From the NCBI RefSeq assembly GCF_039654945.1, contig NW_027361924.1, forward strand, positions 8,122,001 through 8,186,000: 64,000 nucleotides of DNA, given 5' to 3'. The position numbers were made by a program, and so were the translations under genes. The stretch comes from Dendrobates tinctorius (lineage: Eukaryota). Shown in pieces: positions 39,359 through 53,603 of the stretch. Below the pieces are notes generated by a model. That model did not search any database, was not told the origin of the DNA, and saw nothing but the letters and a program-made list of their open reading frames with translations. The first letter of the stretch is position 1, and every line of letters starts with the position of its first letter.

Positions 39359-42300
39359 TCATAAAAAAGGGACATAACTGATATTCTCATTTAAACCTGA
39401 AGGAGATGTAGTTTTAAGAGTCCATATCCATCTTGTTTCCATCTGTGCTAATTTCTGACTAATTTGGCCACCACGTATAGAAACCGGAATTGTATCTATA
39501 CCTCTTACCCGAAACTTGCTTGAATCACAATTATGGAATTGTTTAAAGTGTCTCGGAATTGTTTTCAAGGCAGAAATGTCACTCTCAGTTTTTGCTCCAT
39601 TGATTCCAATTACATGCTCTCTCACTCTTACTTTCAATTGTCTTGTGGTGAGGCCAACATAGATCTTTGAGCAGGGACATGTAGCATAATAAATTACTGC
39701 CTTTGTCTCACAATTAATATGATGTTTAATGGAATAATTTCTTGAGCCAGAGGAATCAGTAAACGTGTCACTTCTGTCCATATTTTGACAAGCGATACAA
39801 TGACCACATGGAAAAGAGCCATTCTTTTTTGAAATCTGTGTCATAAAGGATTTCCGTTCATTCTGATAATGGCTTCTTACCAACGAGTCTCGCAAATTTG
39901 TGGAGCGACGGAAGGTAATACTCGGTTGTTTCGTTAAATAATTGGATAGGGTCTGATCGGCCAATAAAATATGCCATGATTGGCTTAAAACTTCTCTTAG
40001 TCTTTGATTAGCAGTATTATAGTTCGTAATAAAACGGACTGATGATGAGGATGCGGGCTTAATTCTAGAATATAATAAATCGTTTCTAGTTGAATATTTG
40101 GCTCTATTGAATGCTTTCTTGATACATCGATTACTATAACCACGATTTAAAAACCGTAATTTGAGTTTTTCAGACCTCTTTTCAAAGTCAATATCACTAG
40201 AACATATTCTTCTTAGTCTCAAAAATTGACCTATAGGAATTGATCGAACAAGGGATGCCGGGTGAGAGGAAGATGCATGTAAAAGAGAGCTTGTTGCTGA
40301 TTGTTTTCTAAAAATGTCAGTTTGGAGAATATTATTGGAATCCCGTTTTACCAATACATCAAGAAATTCGATATTACTTTTGTCATAGTGATGTGTTAGT
40401 CTGATATTTAAAGAATTGTTGTTTAAATGAGAAATGAATAATTCTAAGGACTCAACAGAGCCTTGCCAAATAAAGAAAATGTCATCAATGTACCGTGTCC
40501 ACAAGAGGACACGGCACATTGAATGACAGTCATCAGATGCAAAGAGGTCCCTCTCCCACAGCCCCAGGAACAGATTTGCATATGCAGGTGCATATGACGC
40601 TCCCATTGCTGTACCCTGGAGCTGCAGGTAGAAGGACCCCTTAAAAATAAAGAAATTATGTGATAGACTAAATTCCAGGATCTCTGTAATAAAATTCATC
40701 ATTGAAAGAGAATAATCCGACATAGATAAAAAATATCTAGTAGCTTGTATACCATCTGAGTGTTTAATATTGGTATATAATGATTCAACGTCACAAGTGA
40801 CTAACAATGCATCATCATCTATATATAAACCATCAATCTTCCTCAAAAAGTCGTTGGTATCACGTATAAAGGACAGAAGACATTCAACCAAAGGTTGGAG
40901 CTTTGAATCAATGTATTTACCCACATTCTCTAAAAAATTGGAGTTTCCCGACACAATAGGTCTACCAGGTGGCAGTATTAGACTTTTATGGATCTTCGGT
41001 AGAAGATAAAATGCGGGTATACATGGTTCCCTTATCTGTAATGCCTGACTCAGTTCCTTTGTTATAGTGCCCGCATCAATAGCTTCACTCAAAATTACAT
41101 TTAATTCTGATGTAAAGGCTAATGAAGGATTAAATGTAAGCTTCTTATAACAGACTTTATTCTTCAATTGTCTGAAAACCTCTGTCTCATACATAGAAGA
41201 GGGCCAAATGACTATATTCCCGCCTTTATCGGCGGGTTTGATGACCACATCAGATAAATTTTTTAATTTTTCTAAACTTTTCCGCTCTTCAAAATTCAAA
41301 TTTCCTTTTGAGATGTTCTGAGGAATCTTTTTAAACTCCTCGCTGACTATTTTAACAAATAGATCAATATTTGGACACGAAGAAAAAGAAGGGAATTTTT
41401 TAGAATGTGGTAAAATACATGAAGGAATCTTACCCCCCTCAGAAGATGAATGTTCATGAAAAAGCTCATTCAAGGTCTGTAATGCTTCCTGCTCCGTGTC
41501 TGTTGGAAATAGATTATGTAATGTTTCATCATGGAAATATTTTTTGAACATTAAAGTTCTCGCAAACATATGTAAGTCTTTAGTAGCAGAAAAGGTATCA
41601 AAACGTGCATCTGGACAAAAGGTAAGACCCTTGCCAAGGACACTTAAATCTGTTTCAGAAAGACAATGTTCGCTCAAATTAATTACCTGGAGACGATTAC
41701 TATCAGGTGATCGACCATTCCTTCTTCCATAAGGAGAGTTGCGTAAATTCCGTTTACGTTTGATAGTATTCTTATATGATAAAGAGGAAGAAGCTGAAGC
41801 ATCAGAATATTCACTCGTCGAAAGCACCGAAGATGTAGATGTAAGACGAGTGCGAGTATCAGTAGACATATGGGATCTCTTCCAATTATATATCTTATTC
41901 ATTTGTCGATCCTTCATATCTCTCATTAATTTCTTAGCATGATTATCTTGAATTTCTTTAACCCATAATTCAACTTCCTTCTCCATGGATGTATTGATAG
42001 ATTGAAAATTTTCCGCCGTCAATTGGTTCTTAGCTAATGTATAAGTGTTTTCTAATTGTGAATCGATATTAGCCAAGTTTTTTGTATTAAGATTAACCAA
42101 TAATTCCATAAATTTTTTTGAGGCATTATTACAAACCTCTTCCCAATTTTGTATAAATTCAACATCTTCAATAGGAAAAGAAGGAATCACTCTTATACGT
42201 AGACCCCTAGGAATCAAATCCTTATTAATGTAGTTTTGAAGAAAAGCCCTATTCCACCATAGGCGTGTCCGCTTATGTGACAGATTTTTTATAGTGGAAG

Positions 42301-42409
42301 AGAAATCAGTTAGTCCTTGACCACCAGAGCCATTAGCATTAGACCCACCATTACCGAATAATTGATTAATTCGGTTAAGCCAGGACTGTTCCTTGGCCTT
42401 AAAATCCAT
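39359..42409 (-). CDS. Intact Penelope-like RT + GIY-YIG endonuclease polyprotein (Neptune-like), 1016 aa from the first ATG
   Basis: Motifs LPKIHK, PGRPIVS, DVESLYTNI, QGTAMG, YIDD, CGHCIAC, IYYATCPCSKIYVG, R.REH and E..WI..L.T..P.GLN. Confidence 0.93.
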   Translation of the reverse strand: MDFKAKEQSWLNRINQLFGNGGSNANGSGGQGLTDFSSTIKNLSHKRTRLWWNRAFLQNYINKDLIPRGLRIRVIPSFPIEDVEFIQNWEEVCNNASKKFMELLVNLNTKNLANIDSQLENTYTLAKNQLTAENFQSINTSMEKEVELWVKEIQDNHAKKLMRDMKDRQMNKIYNWKRSHMSTDTRTRLTSTSSVLSTSEYSDASASSSLSYKNTIKRKRNLRNSPYGRRNGRSPDSNRLQVINLSEHCLSETDLSVLGKGLTFCPDARFDTFSATKDLHMFARTLMFKKYFHDETLHNLFPTDTEQEALQTLNELFHEHSSSEGGKIPSCILPHSKKFPSFSSCPNIDLFVKIVSEEFKKIPQNISKGNLNFEERKSLEKLKNLSDVVIKPADKGGNIVIWPSSMYETEVFRQLKNKVCYKKLTFNPSLAFTSELNVILSEAIDAGTITKELSQALQIREPCIPAFYLLPKIHKSLILPPGRPIVSGNSNFLENVGKYIDSKLQPLVECLLSFIRDTNDFLRKIDGLYIDDDALLVTCDVESLYTNIKHSDGIQATRYFLSMSDYSLSMMNFITEILEFSLSHNFFIFKGSFYLQLQGTAMGASYAPAYANLFLGLWERDLFASDDCHSMCRVLLWTRYIDDIFFIWQGSVESLELFISHLNNNSLNIRLTHHYDKSNIEFLDVLVKRDSNNILQTDIFRKQSATSSLLHASSSHPASLVRSIPIGQFLRLRRICSSDIDFEKRSEKLKLRFLNRGYSNRCIKKAFNRAKYSTRNDLLYSRIKPASSSSVRFITNYNTANQRLREVLSQSWHILLADQTLSNYLTKQPSITFRRSTNLRDSLVRSHYQNERKSFMTQISKKNGSFPCGHCIACQNMDRSDTFTDSSGSRNYSIKHHINCETKAVIYYATCPCSKIYVGLTTRQLKVRVREHVIGINGAKTESDISALKTIPRHFKQFHNCDSSKFRVRGIDTIPVSIRGGQISQKLAQMETRWIWTLKTTSPSGLNENISYVPFL

Positions 42410-43140
42410 GTCCGAAGAGAAAGACCTGTGCAAAACACAGTATGAACAATTAAAATAAAATAAAATGACTCAAGGAAAGTGCAATATAAAATCTCCTAAT
42501 AATCAGAATTGTGCACCATGGAAAGAATAAAAAAGACAACTCGGGAAAATAAGATGAAGAAAGCGAAGAAACCGAGAACAATGTCCAATAATAAAGATTT
42601 TTATTTTATTAGATATCCAACAATATTATATATATATATACAAGGGGAGGCCAATGCCAAATAAGGGCACAGCCTGGGGACAGCAATAATCACTCAATAA
42701 AAAGCACCCACAATAATATCACACAGTATAAAATGAAAGCCAAAAATATATATGAATATAATATATATGTATATATAAAAGCACATATAAAAATTGCTAG
42801 TGCGAGTGTAATAAATTTATGTGCAAACATATAATATGTGCAGGCAAGAAAAAACTGTGAAAAAATATATAAAAACGCTAAAAAATATATAATAACTAAA
42901 TATGTATTACCACACAATAAAGTGCAATGTGCCACAATTGTAAACAGGAACCGTGTGCAAAAGGAAAAATTATTTAAAATATATGTGAAAGCACAAAATG
43001 AGTGCTCAAATAATTTATAATAAATGAGCTGCCACAATTGAAGTGCAATGTGCCGCAATAGTGTAATAAATCAGAACTTATAATATACAATAAAAATAAT
43101 TGTGGACAGTGTAAATACCTTTCAGCTGTTTCTGTCCCCA

Positions 43141-43198
43141 GGATGTGCCAGCCCCGACGCGCGTTTCGGCGTACCTTCGTCAGGGGGTGGCGACATCC
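43141..43198 (-). ncRNA. Minimal type I hammerhead ribozyme
   Basis: Same sequence as 37942-37999. Confidence 0.88.
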
Positions 43199-43550
43199 AG
43201 ACAGGAAGAAGTTTAAATAGGGCAAAATAACCAATGAGAGCGGAGGAAGTGTATAATGACGCACGCAAGCATCGTCGGTAACCAGGCAGCCCCACGCCGT
43301 CGGCCCACATGTATCCCCGATCGTCGCAATGCAATGATGCGGCGAACAGGGACGCAGGCACGGCGGACGGGACTCCCGGAACCCGATGCCAGCGTGCGTA
43401 CAACACTGACCGCTGTCATTGGGCTACAAGTAACACATGGTACATAGAGATATAAGGCGCTCTGTGATTGGATGGATTGGACACATGACACGTAGGTCCT
43501 GAGCGCACATAACATAAACAGAGAGATCACATGGTACATAGGTCCTATTT
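43199..43550 (-). promoter_or_regulatory. CpG-rich pseudo-LTR promoter of the PLE (present in every unit; this copy lies upstream of the intact ORF)
   Basis: TATTTAAA just upstream of the hammerhead, several CCAAT/ATTGG boxes and a CpG-dense island in otherwise very AT-rich DNA. Confidence 0.55.
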
Positions 43551-44564
43551 GATTCAAAAAAGAAAAAGAACTAAAATAAAAAATAATTAATAATACAAAT
43601 ACAATGCTAACATATATAATATATAATATATGGCATATGACGACATATAATAAACACCAATATATGAATAAAAATAAAATAATGATGAGTAATAATAAAT
43701 AAATAAATAGATAAATAAATATAAGGAAAAAATAAATAAAAATAAAATAAGTATAAATATAAATAAAAATAAAAGTAAATATAAATAAAAATAAAATAAG
43801 GATGATAATGAATATAAAAATAATAAATAATAAGTGTAAGAATGATAAATAATAATAGTAAATATGAAAATACTAAAATAAAAAATAATAATAATGGCAA
43901 ATGAAGAAAAAATAAATAATAAAATAAGTAATGATGAAAATAATAAATGATAATTAATAATAAATAGTAATATACAATTACATACTCATCTTTCATGAAA
44001 ATACATATTTGAAAGAATAATAATAAAAATTAAAATTGTAATTAATGAGACAAATAAATATTAATACATGTTTAATCAAGTTCATATATAAATTAATGGT
44101 ATATTTGAAAAAAAAAATAAAAAAAAATATAATAAATAAATATTTATGAGAAAAAACTGAATGCATATTTAGTCAAATTCATATATAGGTTGATGCAATA
44201 GATATTTAATCATTGTCCTTTTTCCTTTTTCTTTTTTATTTTTCTTTTTCCTTTCCTTTATCTTATATAGGTATATCAGAAGAAGAAAATGGCATCAGCA
44301 TCAGTCAACTCCAAGATTCCTCGTAATAGATGAATAACACAAGGTAATTGCTGATAGAATTAGGAACTAAAAGGTGACAAATAAAGATGTATAAGCATTA
44401 TATATAATCAGTACACAATAATAAAACCATGTGAATAGATAATCAAATAATAAATATATCACATACCCAACAAATAAAACTAATTAATAATATAAAATAA
44501 AGAATATAATATATATATTAAAATTTATATATTAAAAAAGATAAAAAGCTGGATGACTAGGTGG

Positions 44565-47500
44565 TCATAAAAAAGGGACATAACTGATATTCTCATTTAA
44601 ACCTGAAGGAGATGTAGTTTTAAGAGTTCATATCCATCTTGTTTCCATCTGTGCTAATTTCTGACTAATTTGGCCACCACGTATAGAAACCGGAATTGTA
44701 TCTATACCTCTTACCCGAAACTTGCTTGAATCACAATTATGGAATTGTTTAAAGTGTCTCGGAATTGTTTTCAAGGCAGAAATGTCACTCTCAGTTTTTG
44801 CTCCATTGATTCCAATTACATGCTCTCTCACTCTTACTTTCAATTGTCTTGTGGTGAGGCCAACATAGATCTTTGAGCAGGGACATGTAGCATAATAAAT
44901 TACTGCCTTTGTCTCACAATTAATATGATGTTTAATGGAATAATTTCTTGAGCCAGAGGAATCAGTAAACGTGTCACTTCTGTCCATATTTTGACAAGCG
45001 ATACAATGACCACATGGAAAAGAGCCATTCTTTTTTGAAATCTGTGTCATAAAGGATTTCCGTTCATTCTGATAATGGCTTCTTACCAACGAGTCTCGCA
45101 AATTTCTGGAGCGACGGAAGGTAATACTCGGTTGTTTCGTTAAATAATTGGATAGGGTCTGATCGGCCAATAAAATATGCCATGATTGGCTTAAAACTTC
45201 TCTTAGTCTTTGATTAGCAGTATTATAGTTCGTAATAAAACGGACTGATGATGAGGATGCGGGCTTAATTCTAGAATATAATAAATCGTTTCTAGTTGAA
45301 TATTTGGCTCTATTGAATGCTTTCTTGATACATCGATTACTATAACCACGATTTAAAAACCGTAATTTGAGTTCTTCAGACCTCTTTTCAAAGTCAATAT
45401 CACTAGAACATATTCTTCTTAGTCTCAAAAATTGACCTATAGGAATTGATCGAACAAGGGATGCCGGGTGAGAGGAAGATGCATGTAAAAGAGAGTTTGT
45501 TGCTGATTGTTTTCTAAAAATGTCAGTTTGGAGAATATTATTGGAATCCTGTTTTACCAATACATCAAGAAATTCGATATTACTTTTGTCATAGTGATGT
45601 GTTAGTCTGATATTTAAAGAATTGTTGTTTAAATGAGAAATGAATAATTCTAAGGACTCAACAGAGCCTTGCCAAATAAAGAAAATGTCATCAATGTACC
45701 GTGTCCACAAGAGGACACGGCACATTGAATGACAGTCATCAGATGCAAAGAGGTCCCTCTCCCACAGCCCCAGGAACAGATTTGCATATGCAGGTGCATA
45801 TGACGCTCCCATTGCTGTACCCTGGAGCTGCAAGTAGAAGGACCCCTTAAAAATAAAGAAATTATGTGATAGACTAAATTCCAGGATCTCTGTAATAAAA
45901 TTCATCATTGAAAGAGAATAATCCGACATAGATAAAAAATATCTAGTAGCTTGTATACCATCTGAGTGTTTAATATTGGTATATAATGATTCAACGTCAC
46001 AAGTGACTAACAATGCATCATCATCTATATATAAACCATCAATCTTCCTCAAAAAGTCGTTGGTATCACGTATAAAGGACGGAAGACATTCAACCAAAGG
46101 TTGGAGCTTTGAATCAATGTATTTACCCACATTCTCTAAAAAATTGGAGTTTCCCGACACAATAGGTCTACCAGGTGGCAGTGTTAGACTTTTATGGATC
46201 TTCGGTAGAAGATAAAATGTGGGTATACATGGTTCCCTTATCTGTAATGCCTGACTCAGTTCCTTTGTTATAGTGCCCGCATCAATAGCTTCACTCAAAA
46301 TTACATTTAATTCTGATGTAAAGGCTAATGAAGGATTAAATGTAAGCTTCTTATAACAGACTTTATTCTTCAATTGTCTGATAACCTCTGTCTCATACAT
46401 AGAAGAGGGCCAAATGACTATATTCCCGCCTTTATCGGCGGGTTTGATGACCACATCAGATAAATTTTTTAATTTTTCTAAACTTTTCCGCTCTTCAAAA
46501 TTCAAATTTCCTTTTGAGATGTTCTGCGGAATCTTTTTAAACTCCTCGCTGACTATTTTAACAAATAGATCAATATTTGGACACGAAGAAAAAGAAGGGA
46601 ATTTTTTAGAATGTGGTAAAATACATGAAGGAATCTTACCCCCCTCGGAAGATGAATGTTCATGAAAAAGCTCATTCAAGGTCTGTAATGCTTCCTGCTC
46701 CGTGTCTGTTGGAAATAGATTATGTAATGTTTCATCATGGAAATATTTTTTGAACATTAAAGTTCTCGCAAACATATGTAAGTCTTTAGTAGCAGAAAAG
46801 GTATCAAAACGTGCATCTGGACAAAAGGTAAGACCCTTGCCAAGGACACTTAAATCTGTTTCAGAAAGACAATGTTCGCTCAAATTAATTACCTGGAGAC
46901 GATTACTATCAGGTGATCGACCATTCCTTCTTCCATAAGGAGAGTTGCGTAAATTCCGTTTACGTTTGATAGTATTCTTATATGATAAAGAGGAAGAAGC
47001 TTAAGCATTAGAATATTCACTCGTCGAAAGCACCGAAGATGTAGATGTAAGACGAGTGCGAGTATCAGTAGACATATGGGATCTCTTCCAATTATATATC
47101 TTATTCATTTGTCGATCCTTCATATCTCTCATTAATTTCTTAGCATGATTATCTTGAATTTCTTTAACCCATAATTCAACTTCCTTCTCCATGGATGTAT
47201 TGATAGATTGAACATTTTCCGCCGTCAATTGGTTCTTAGCTAATGTATAAGTGTTTTCTAATTGTGAATCGATATTAGCCAAGTTTTTTGTATTAAGATT
47301 AACCAATAATTCCATAAATTTTTTTGAGGCATTATTACAAACCTCTTCCCAATTTTGTATAAATTCAACATCTTCAATAGGAAAAGAAGGAATCACTCTT
47401 ATACGTAGACCCCTAGGAATCAAATCCTTATTAATGTAGTTTTGAAGAAAAGCCCTATTCCACCATAGGCGTGTCCGCTTATGTGACAGATTTTTTATAG

Positions 47501-47615
47501 TGGAAGAGAAATCAGTTAGTCCTTGACCACCAGAGCCATTAGCATTAGACCCACCATTACCGAATAATTGATTAATTCGGTTAAGCCAGGACTGTTCCTT
47601 GGCCTTAAAATCCAT
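44565..47615 (-). pseudogene. PLE ORF copy 3 (stops at 47001-47003 and 44628-44630)
   Basis: Near-identical to the intact copy, with two nonsense changes. Confidence 0.9.
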
Positions 47616-48346
47616 GTCCGAAGAGAAAGACCTGTGCAAAACACAGTATGAACAATTAAAATAAAATAAAATGACTCAAGGAAAGTGCAATATAAAATCT
47701 CCTAATAATCAGAATTGTGCACCATGGAAAGAATAAAAAAGACAACTCGGGAAAATAAGATGAAGAAAGCGAAGAAACCGAGAACAATGTCCAATAATAA
47801 AGATTTTTATTTTATTAGATATCCAACAATATTATATATATATATACAAGGGGAGGCCAATGCCAAATAAGGGCACAGCCTGGGGACAGCAATAATCACT
47901 CAATAAAAAGCACCCACAATAATATCACACAGTATAAAATGAAAGCCAAAAATATATATGAATATAATATATATGTATATATAAAAGCACATATAAAAAT
48001 TGCTAGTGCGAGTGTAATAAATTTATGTGCAAACATATAATATGTGCAGGCAAGAAAAAACTGTGAAAAAATATATAAAAACGCTAAAAAATATATAATA
48101 ACTAAATATGTATTACCACACAATAAAGTGCAATGTGCCACAATTGTAAACAGGAACCGTGTGCAAAAGGAAAAATTATTTAAAATATATGTGAAAGCAC
48201 AAAATGAGTGCTCAAATAATTTATAATAAATGAGCTGCCACAATTGAAGTGCAATGTGCCGCAATAGTGTAATAAATCAGAACTTATAATATACAATAAA
48301 AATAATTGTGGACAGTGTAAATACCTTTCAGCTGTTTCTGTCCCCA

Positions 48347-48404
48347 GGATGTGCCAGCCCCGACGCGCGTTTCGGCGTACCTTCGTCAGGGGGTGGCGAC
48401 ATCC
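48347..48404 (-). ncRNA. Minimal type I hammerhead ribozyme
   Basis: Same sequence as 37942-37999. Confidence 0.88.
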
Positions 48405-49763
48405 AGACAGGAAGAAGTTTAAATAGGGCAAAATAACCAATGAGAGCGGAGGAAGTGTATAATGACGCACGCAAGCATCGTCGGTAACCAGGCAGCCCCA
48501 CGCCGTCGGCCCACGTGTATCCCCGATCGTCGCAATGCAATGATGCGGCGAACAGGGACGCAGGCACGGTGGGCGGGACTCCCGGAACCCGATGCCAGCG
48601 TGCGTACAACACTGTCCGCTGTCATTGGGCTACAAGTAACACATGGTACATAGAGATATAAGGCGCTCTGTGATTGGATGGATTGGACACATGACACGTA
48701 GGTCCTGAGCGCACATAACATAAACAGAGAGATCACATGGTACATAGGTCCTATTTGATTCAAAAAAGAAAAAGAACTAAAATAAAAAATAATTAATAAT
48801 ACAAATACAATGCTAACATATATAATATATAATATATGGCATATGACGACATATAATAAACACCAATATATGAATAAAAATAAAATAATGATGAGTAATA
48901 ATAAATAAATAAATAGATAAATAAATATAAGGAAAAAATAAATAAAAATAAAATAAGTATAAATATAAATAAAAATAAAAGTAAATATAAATAAAAATAA
49001 TATAAGGATGATAATGAATATAAAAATAATAAATAATAAGTGTAAGAATGATAAATAATAATAGTAAATATGAAAATACTAAAATAAAAAATAATAATAA
49101 TGGCAAATGAAGAAAAAATAAATAATAAAATAAGTAATGATGAAAATAATAAATGATAATTAATAATAAATAGTAATATACAATTATATACTCATCTTTC
49201 ATGAAAATACATATTTGAAAGAATAATAATTAAAATTAAAATTGTAATTAATGAGACAAATAAATATTAATACATGTTTAATCAAGTTCATATATAAATT
49301 AATGGTATATTTGAAAAAAAAAAATATATAATAATTAAATATTTATGAGAAAAAACTGAATGCATATTTAGTCAAATTCATATATAGGTTGATGCAATAG
49401 ATATTTAATCATTGTCCTTTTTCCTTTTTCTTTTTTATTTTTCTTTTTCATTTCCTTTATCTTATATAGGTATATCAGAAGAAGAAAATGGCATCAGCAT
49501 CAGTCAACTCCAAGATTCCTCGTAATAGATGAATAACACAAGGTAATTGCTGATAGAATTAGGAACTAAAAGGTGACAAATAAAGATGTATAAGCATTAT
49601 ATATAATCAGTACACAATAATAAAACCATGTGAATAGATAATCAAATAATAAATATATCACATACCCAACAAATAAAACTAATTAATAATATAAAATAAA
49701 GAATATAATATATATATTAAAATTTATATATTAAAAAAGATAAAAAGCTGGATGACTAGGTGG

Positions 49764-52700
49764 TCATAAAAAAGGGACATAACTAATATTCTCATTTAAA
49801 CCTGAAGGAGATGTAGTTTTAAGAGTCCATATCCATCTTGTTTCCATCTGTGCTAATTTCTGACTAATTTGGCCACCACGTATAGAAACCGGAATTGTAT
49901 CTATACCTCTTACCCGAAACTTGCTTGAATCACAATTATGGAATTGTTTAAAGTGTCTCGGAATTGTTTTCAAGGCAGAAATGTCACTCTCAGTTTTTGC
50001 TCCATTGATTCCAATTACATGCTCTCTCACTCTTACTTTCAATTGTCTTGTGGTGAGGCCAACATAGATCTTTGAGCAGGGACATGTAGCATAATAAATT
50101 ACTGCCTTTGTCTCACAATTAATATGATGTTTAATGGAATAATTTCTTGAGCCAGAGGAATCAGTAAACGTGTCACTTCTGTCCATATTTTGACAAGCGA
50201 TACAATGACCACATGGAAAAGAGCCATTCTTTTTTTAAATCTGTGTCATAAAGGATTTCCGTTCATTCTGATAATGGCTTCTTACCAACGAGTCTCGCAA
50301 ATTTCTGGAACGACGGAAGGTAATACTCGGTTGTTTCGTTAAATAATTGGATAGGGTCTGATCGGCCAATAAAATATGCCATGATTGGCTTAAAACTTCT
50401 CTTAGTCTTTGATTAGCAGTATTATAGTTCGTAATAAAACGGACTGATGATGAGGATGCGGGCTTAATTCTAGAATATAATAAATCGTTTCTAGTTGAAT
50501 ATTTGGCTCTATTGAATGCTTTCTTGATACATCGATTACTATAACCACGATTTAAAAACCGTAATTTGAGTTCTTCAGACCTCTTTTCAAAGTCAATATC
50601 ACTAGAACATATTCTTCTTAGTCTCAAAAATTGACCTATAGGAATTGATCGAACAAGGGATGCTGGGTGAGAGGAAGATGCATGTAAAAGAGAGTTTGTT
50701 GCTGATTGTTTTCTAAAAATGTCAGTTTGGAGAATATTATTGGAATCCCGTTTTACCAATACATCAAGAAATTCGATATTACTTTTGTCATAGTGATGTG
50801 TTAGTCTGATATTTAAAGAATTGTTGCTTAAATGAGAAATGAATAATTCTAAGGACTCAACAGAGCCTTGCCAAATAAAGAAAATGTCATCAATGTACCG
50901 TGTCCACAAGAGGACACGGCACATTGAATGACAGTCATCAGATGCAAAGAGGTCCCTCTCCCACAGCCCCAGGAACAGATTTGCATATGCAGGTGCATAT
51001 GACGCTCCCATTGCTGTACCCTGGAGCTGCAGGTAGAAGGACCCCTTAAAAATAAAGAAATTATGTGATAGACTAAATTCCAGGATCTCTGTAATAAAAT
51101 TCATCATTGAAAGAGAATAATCCGACATAGATAAAAAATATCTAGTAGCTTGTATACCATCTGAGTGTTTAATATTGGTATATAATGATTCAACGTCACA
51201 AGTGACTAACAATGCATCATCATCTATATATAAACCATCAATCTTCCTCAAAAAGTCGTTGGTATCACGTATAAAGGACAGAAGACATTCAACCAAAGGT
51301 TGGAGCTTTGAATCAATGTATTTACCCACATTCTCTAAAAAATTGGAGTTTCCCGACACAATAGGTCTACCAGGTGGCAGTATTAGACTTTTATGGATCT
51401 TCGGTAGAAGATAAAATGCGGGTATACATGGTTCCCTTATCTGTAATGCCTGACTCAGTTCCTTTGTTATAGTGCCCGCATCAATAGCTTCACTCAAAAT
51501 TACATTTAATTCTGATGTAAAGGCTAATGAAGGATTAAATGTAAGCTTCTTATAACAGACTTTATTCTTCAATTGTCTGAAAACCTCTGTCTCATACATA
51601 GAAGAGGGCCAAATGACTATATTCCCGCCTTTATCGGCGGGTTTGATGACCACATCAGATAAATTTTTTAATTTTTCTAAACTTTTCCGCTCTTCAAAAT
51701 TCAAATTTCCTTTTGAGATGTTCTGAGGAATCTTTTTAAACTCCTCGCTGACTATTTTAACAAATAGATCAATATTTGGACACGAAGAAAAAGAAGGGAA
51801 TTTTTTAGAATGTGGTAAAATACATGAAGGAATCTTACCCCCCTCAGAAGATGAATGTTCATGAAAAAGCTCATTCAAGGTCTGTAATGCTTCCTGCTCC
51901 GTGTCTGTTGGAAATAGATTATGTAATGTTTCATCATGGAAATATTTTTTGAACATTAAAGTTCTCGCAAACATATGTAAGTCTTTAGTAGCAGAAAAGG
52001 TATCAAAACGTGCATCTGGACAAAAGGTAAGACCCTTGCCAAGGACACTTAAATCTGTTTCAGAAAGACAATGTTCGCTCAAATTAATTACCTGGAGACG
52101 ATTACTATCAGGTGATCGACCATTCCTTCTTCCATAAGGAGAGTTGCGTAAATTCCGTTTACGTTTGATAGTATTCTTATATGATAAAGAGGAAGAAGCT
52201 GAAGCATCAGAATATTCACTCGTCGAAAGCACCGAAGATGTAGATGTAAGACGAGTGCGAGTATCAGTAGACATATGGGATCTCTTCCAATTATATATCT
52301 TATTCATTTGTCGATCCTTCATATCTCTCATTAATTTCTTAGCATGATTATCTTGAATTTCTTTAACCCATAATTCAACTTCCTTCTCCATGGATGTATT
52401 GATAGATTGAAAATTTTCCGCCGTCAATTGGTTCTTAGCTAATGTATAAGTGTTTTCTAATTGTGAATCGATATTAGCCAAGTTTTTTGTATTAAGATTA
52501 ACCAATAATTCCATAAATTTTTTTGAGGCATTATTACAAACCTCTTCCCAATTTTGTATAAATTCAACATCTTCAATAGGAAAAGAAGGAATCACTCTTA
52601 TACGTAGACCCCTAGGAATCAAATCCTTATTAATGTAGTTTTGAAGAAAAGCCCTATTCCACCATAGGCGTGTCCGCTTATGTGACAGATTTTTTATAGT

Positions 52701-52814
52701 GGAAGAGAAATCAGTTAGTCCTTGACCACCAGAGCCATTAGCATTAGACCCACCATTACCGAATAATTGATTAATTCGGTTAAGCCAGGACTGTTCCTTG
52801 GCCTTAAAATCCAT
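49764..52814 (-). pseudogene. PLE ORF copy 4 (stop at 50235-50237)
   Basis: Carries the same TCA>TAA as copies 1 and 6. Confidence 0.9.
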
Positions 52815-53545
52815 GTCCGAAGAGAAAGACCTGTGCAAAACACAGTATGAACAATTAAAATAAAATAAAATGACTCAAGGAAAGTGCAATATAAAATCTC
52901 CTAATAATCAGAATTGTGCACCATGGAAAGAATAAAAAAGACAACTCGGGAAAATAAGATGAAGAAAGCGAAGAAACCGAGAACAATGTCCAATAATAAA
53001 GATTTTTATTTTATTAGATATCCAACAATATTATATATATATATACAAGGGGAGGCCAATGCCAAATAAGGGCACAGCCTGGGGACAGCAATAATCACTC
53101 AATAAAAAGCACCCACAATAATATCACACAGTATAAAATGAAAGCCAAAAATATATATGAATATAATATATATGTATATATAAAAGCACATATAAAAATT
53201 GCTAGTGCGAGTGTAATAAATTTATGTGCAAACATATAATATGTGCAGGCAAGAAAAAACTGTGAAAAAATATATAAAAACGCTAAAAAATATATAATAA
53301 CTAAATATGTATTACCACACAATAAAGTGCAATGTGCCACAATTGTAAACAGGAACCGTGTGCAAAAGGAAAAATTATTTAAAATATATGTGAAAGCACA
53401 AAATGAGTGCTCAAATAATTTATAATAAATGAGCTGCCACAATTGAAGTGCAATGTGCCGCAATAGTGTAATAAATCAGAACTTATAATATACAATAAAA
53501 ATAATTGTGGACAGTGTAAATACCTTTCAGCTGTTTCTGTCCCCA

Positions 53546-53603
53546 GGATGTGCCAGCCCCGACGCGCGTTTCGGCGTACCTTCGTCAGGGGGTGGCGACA
53601 TCC
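53546..53603 (-). ncRNA. Minimal type I hammerhead ribozyme
   Basis: Same sequence as 37942-37999. Confidence 0.88.
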
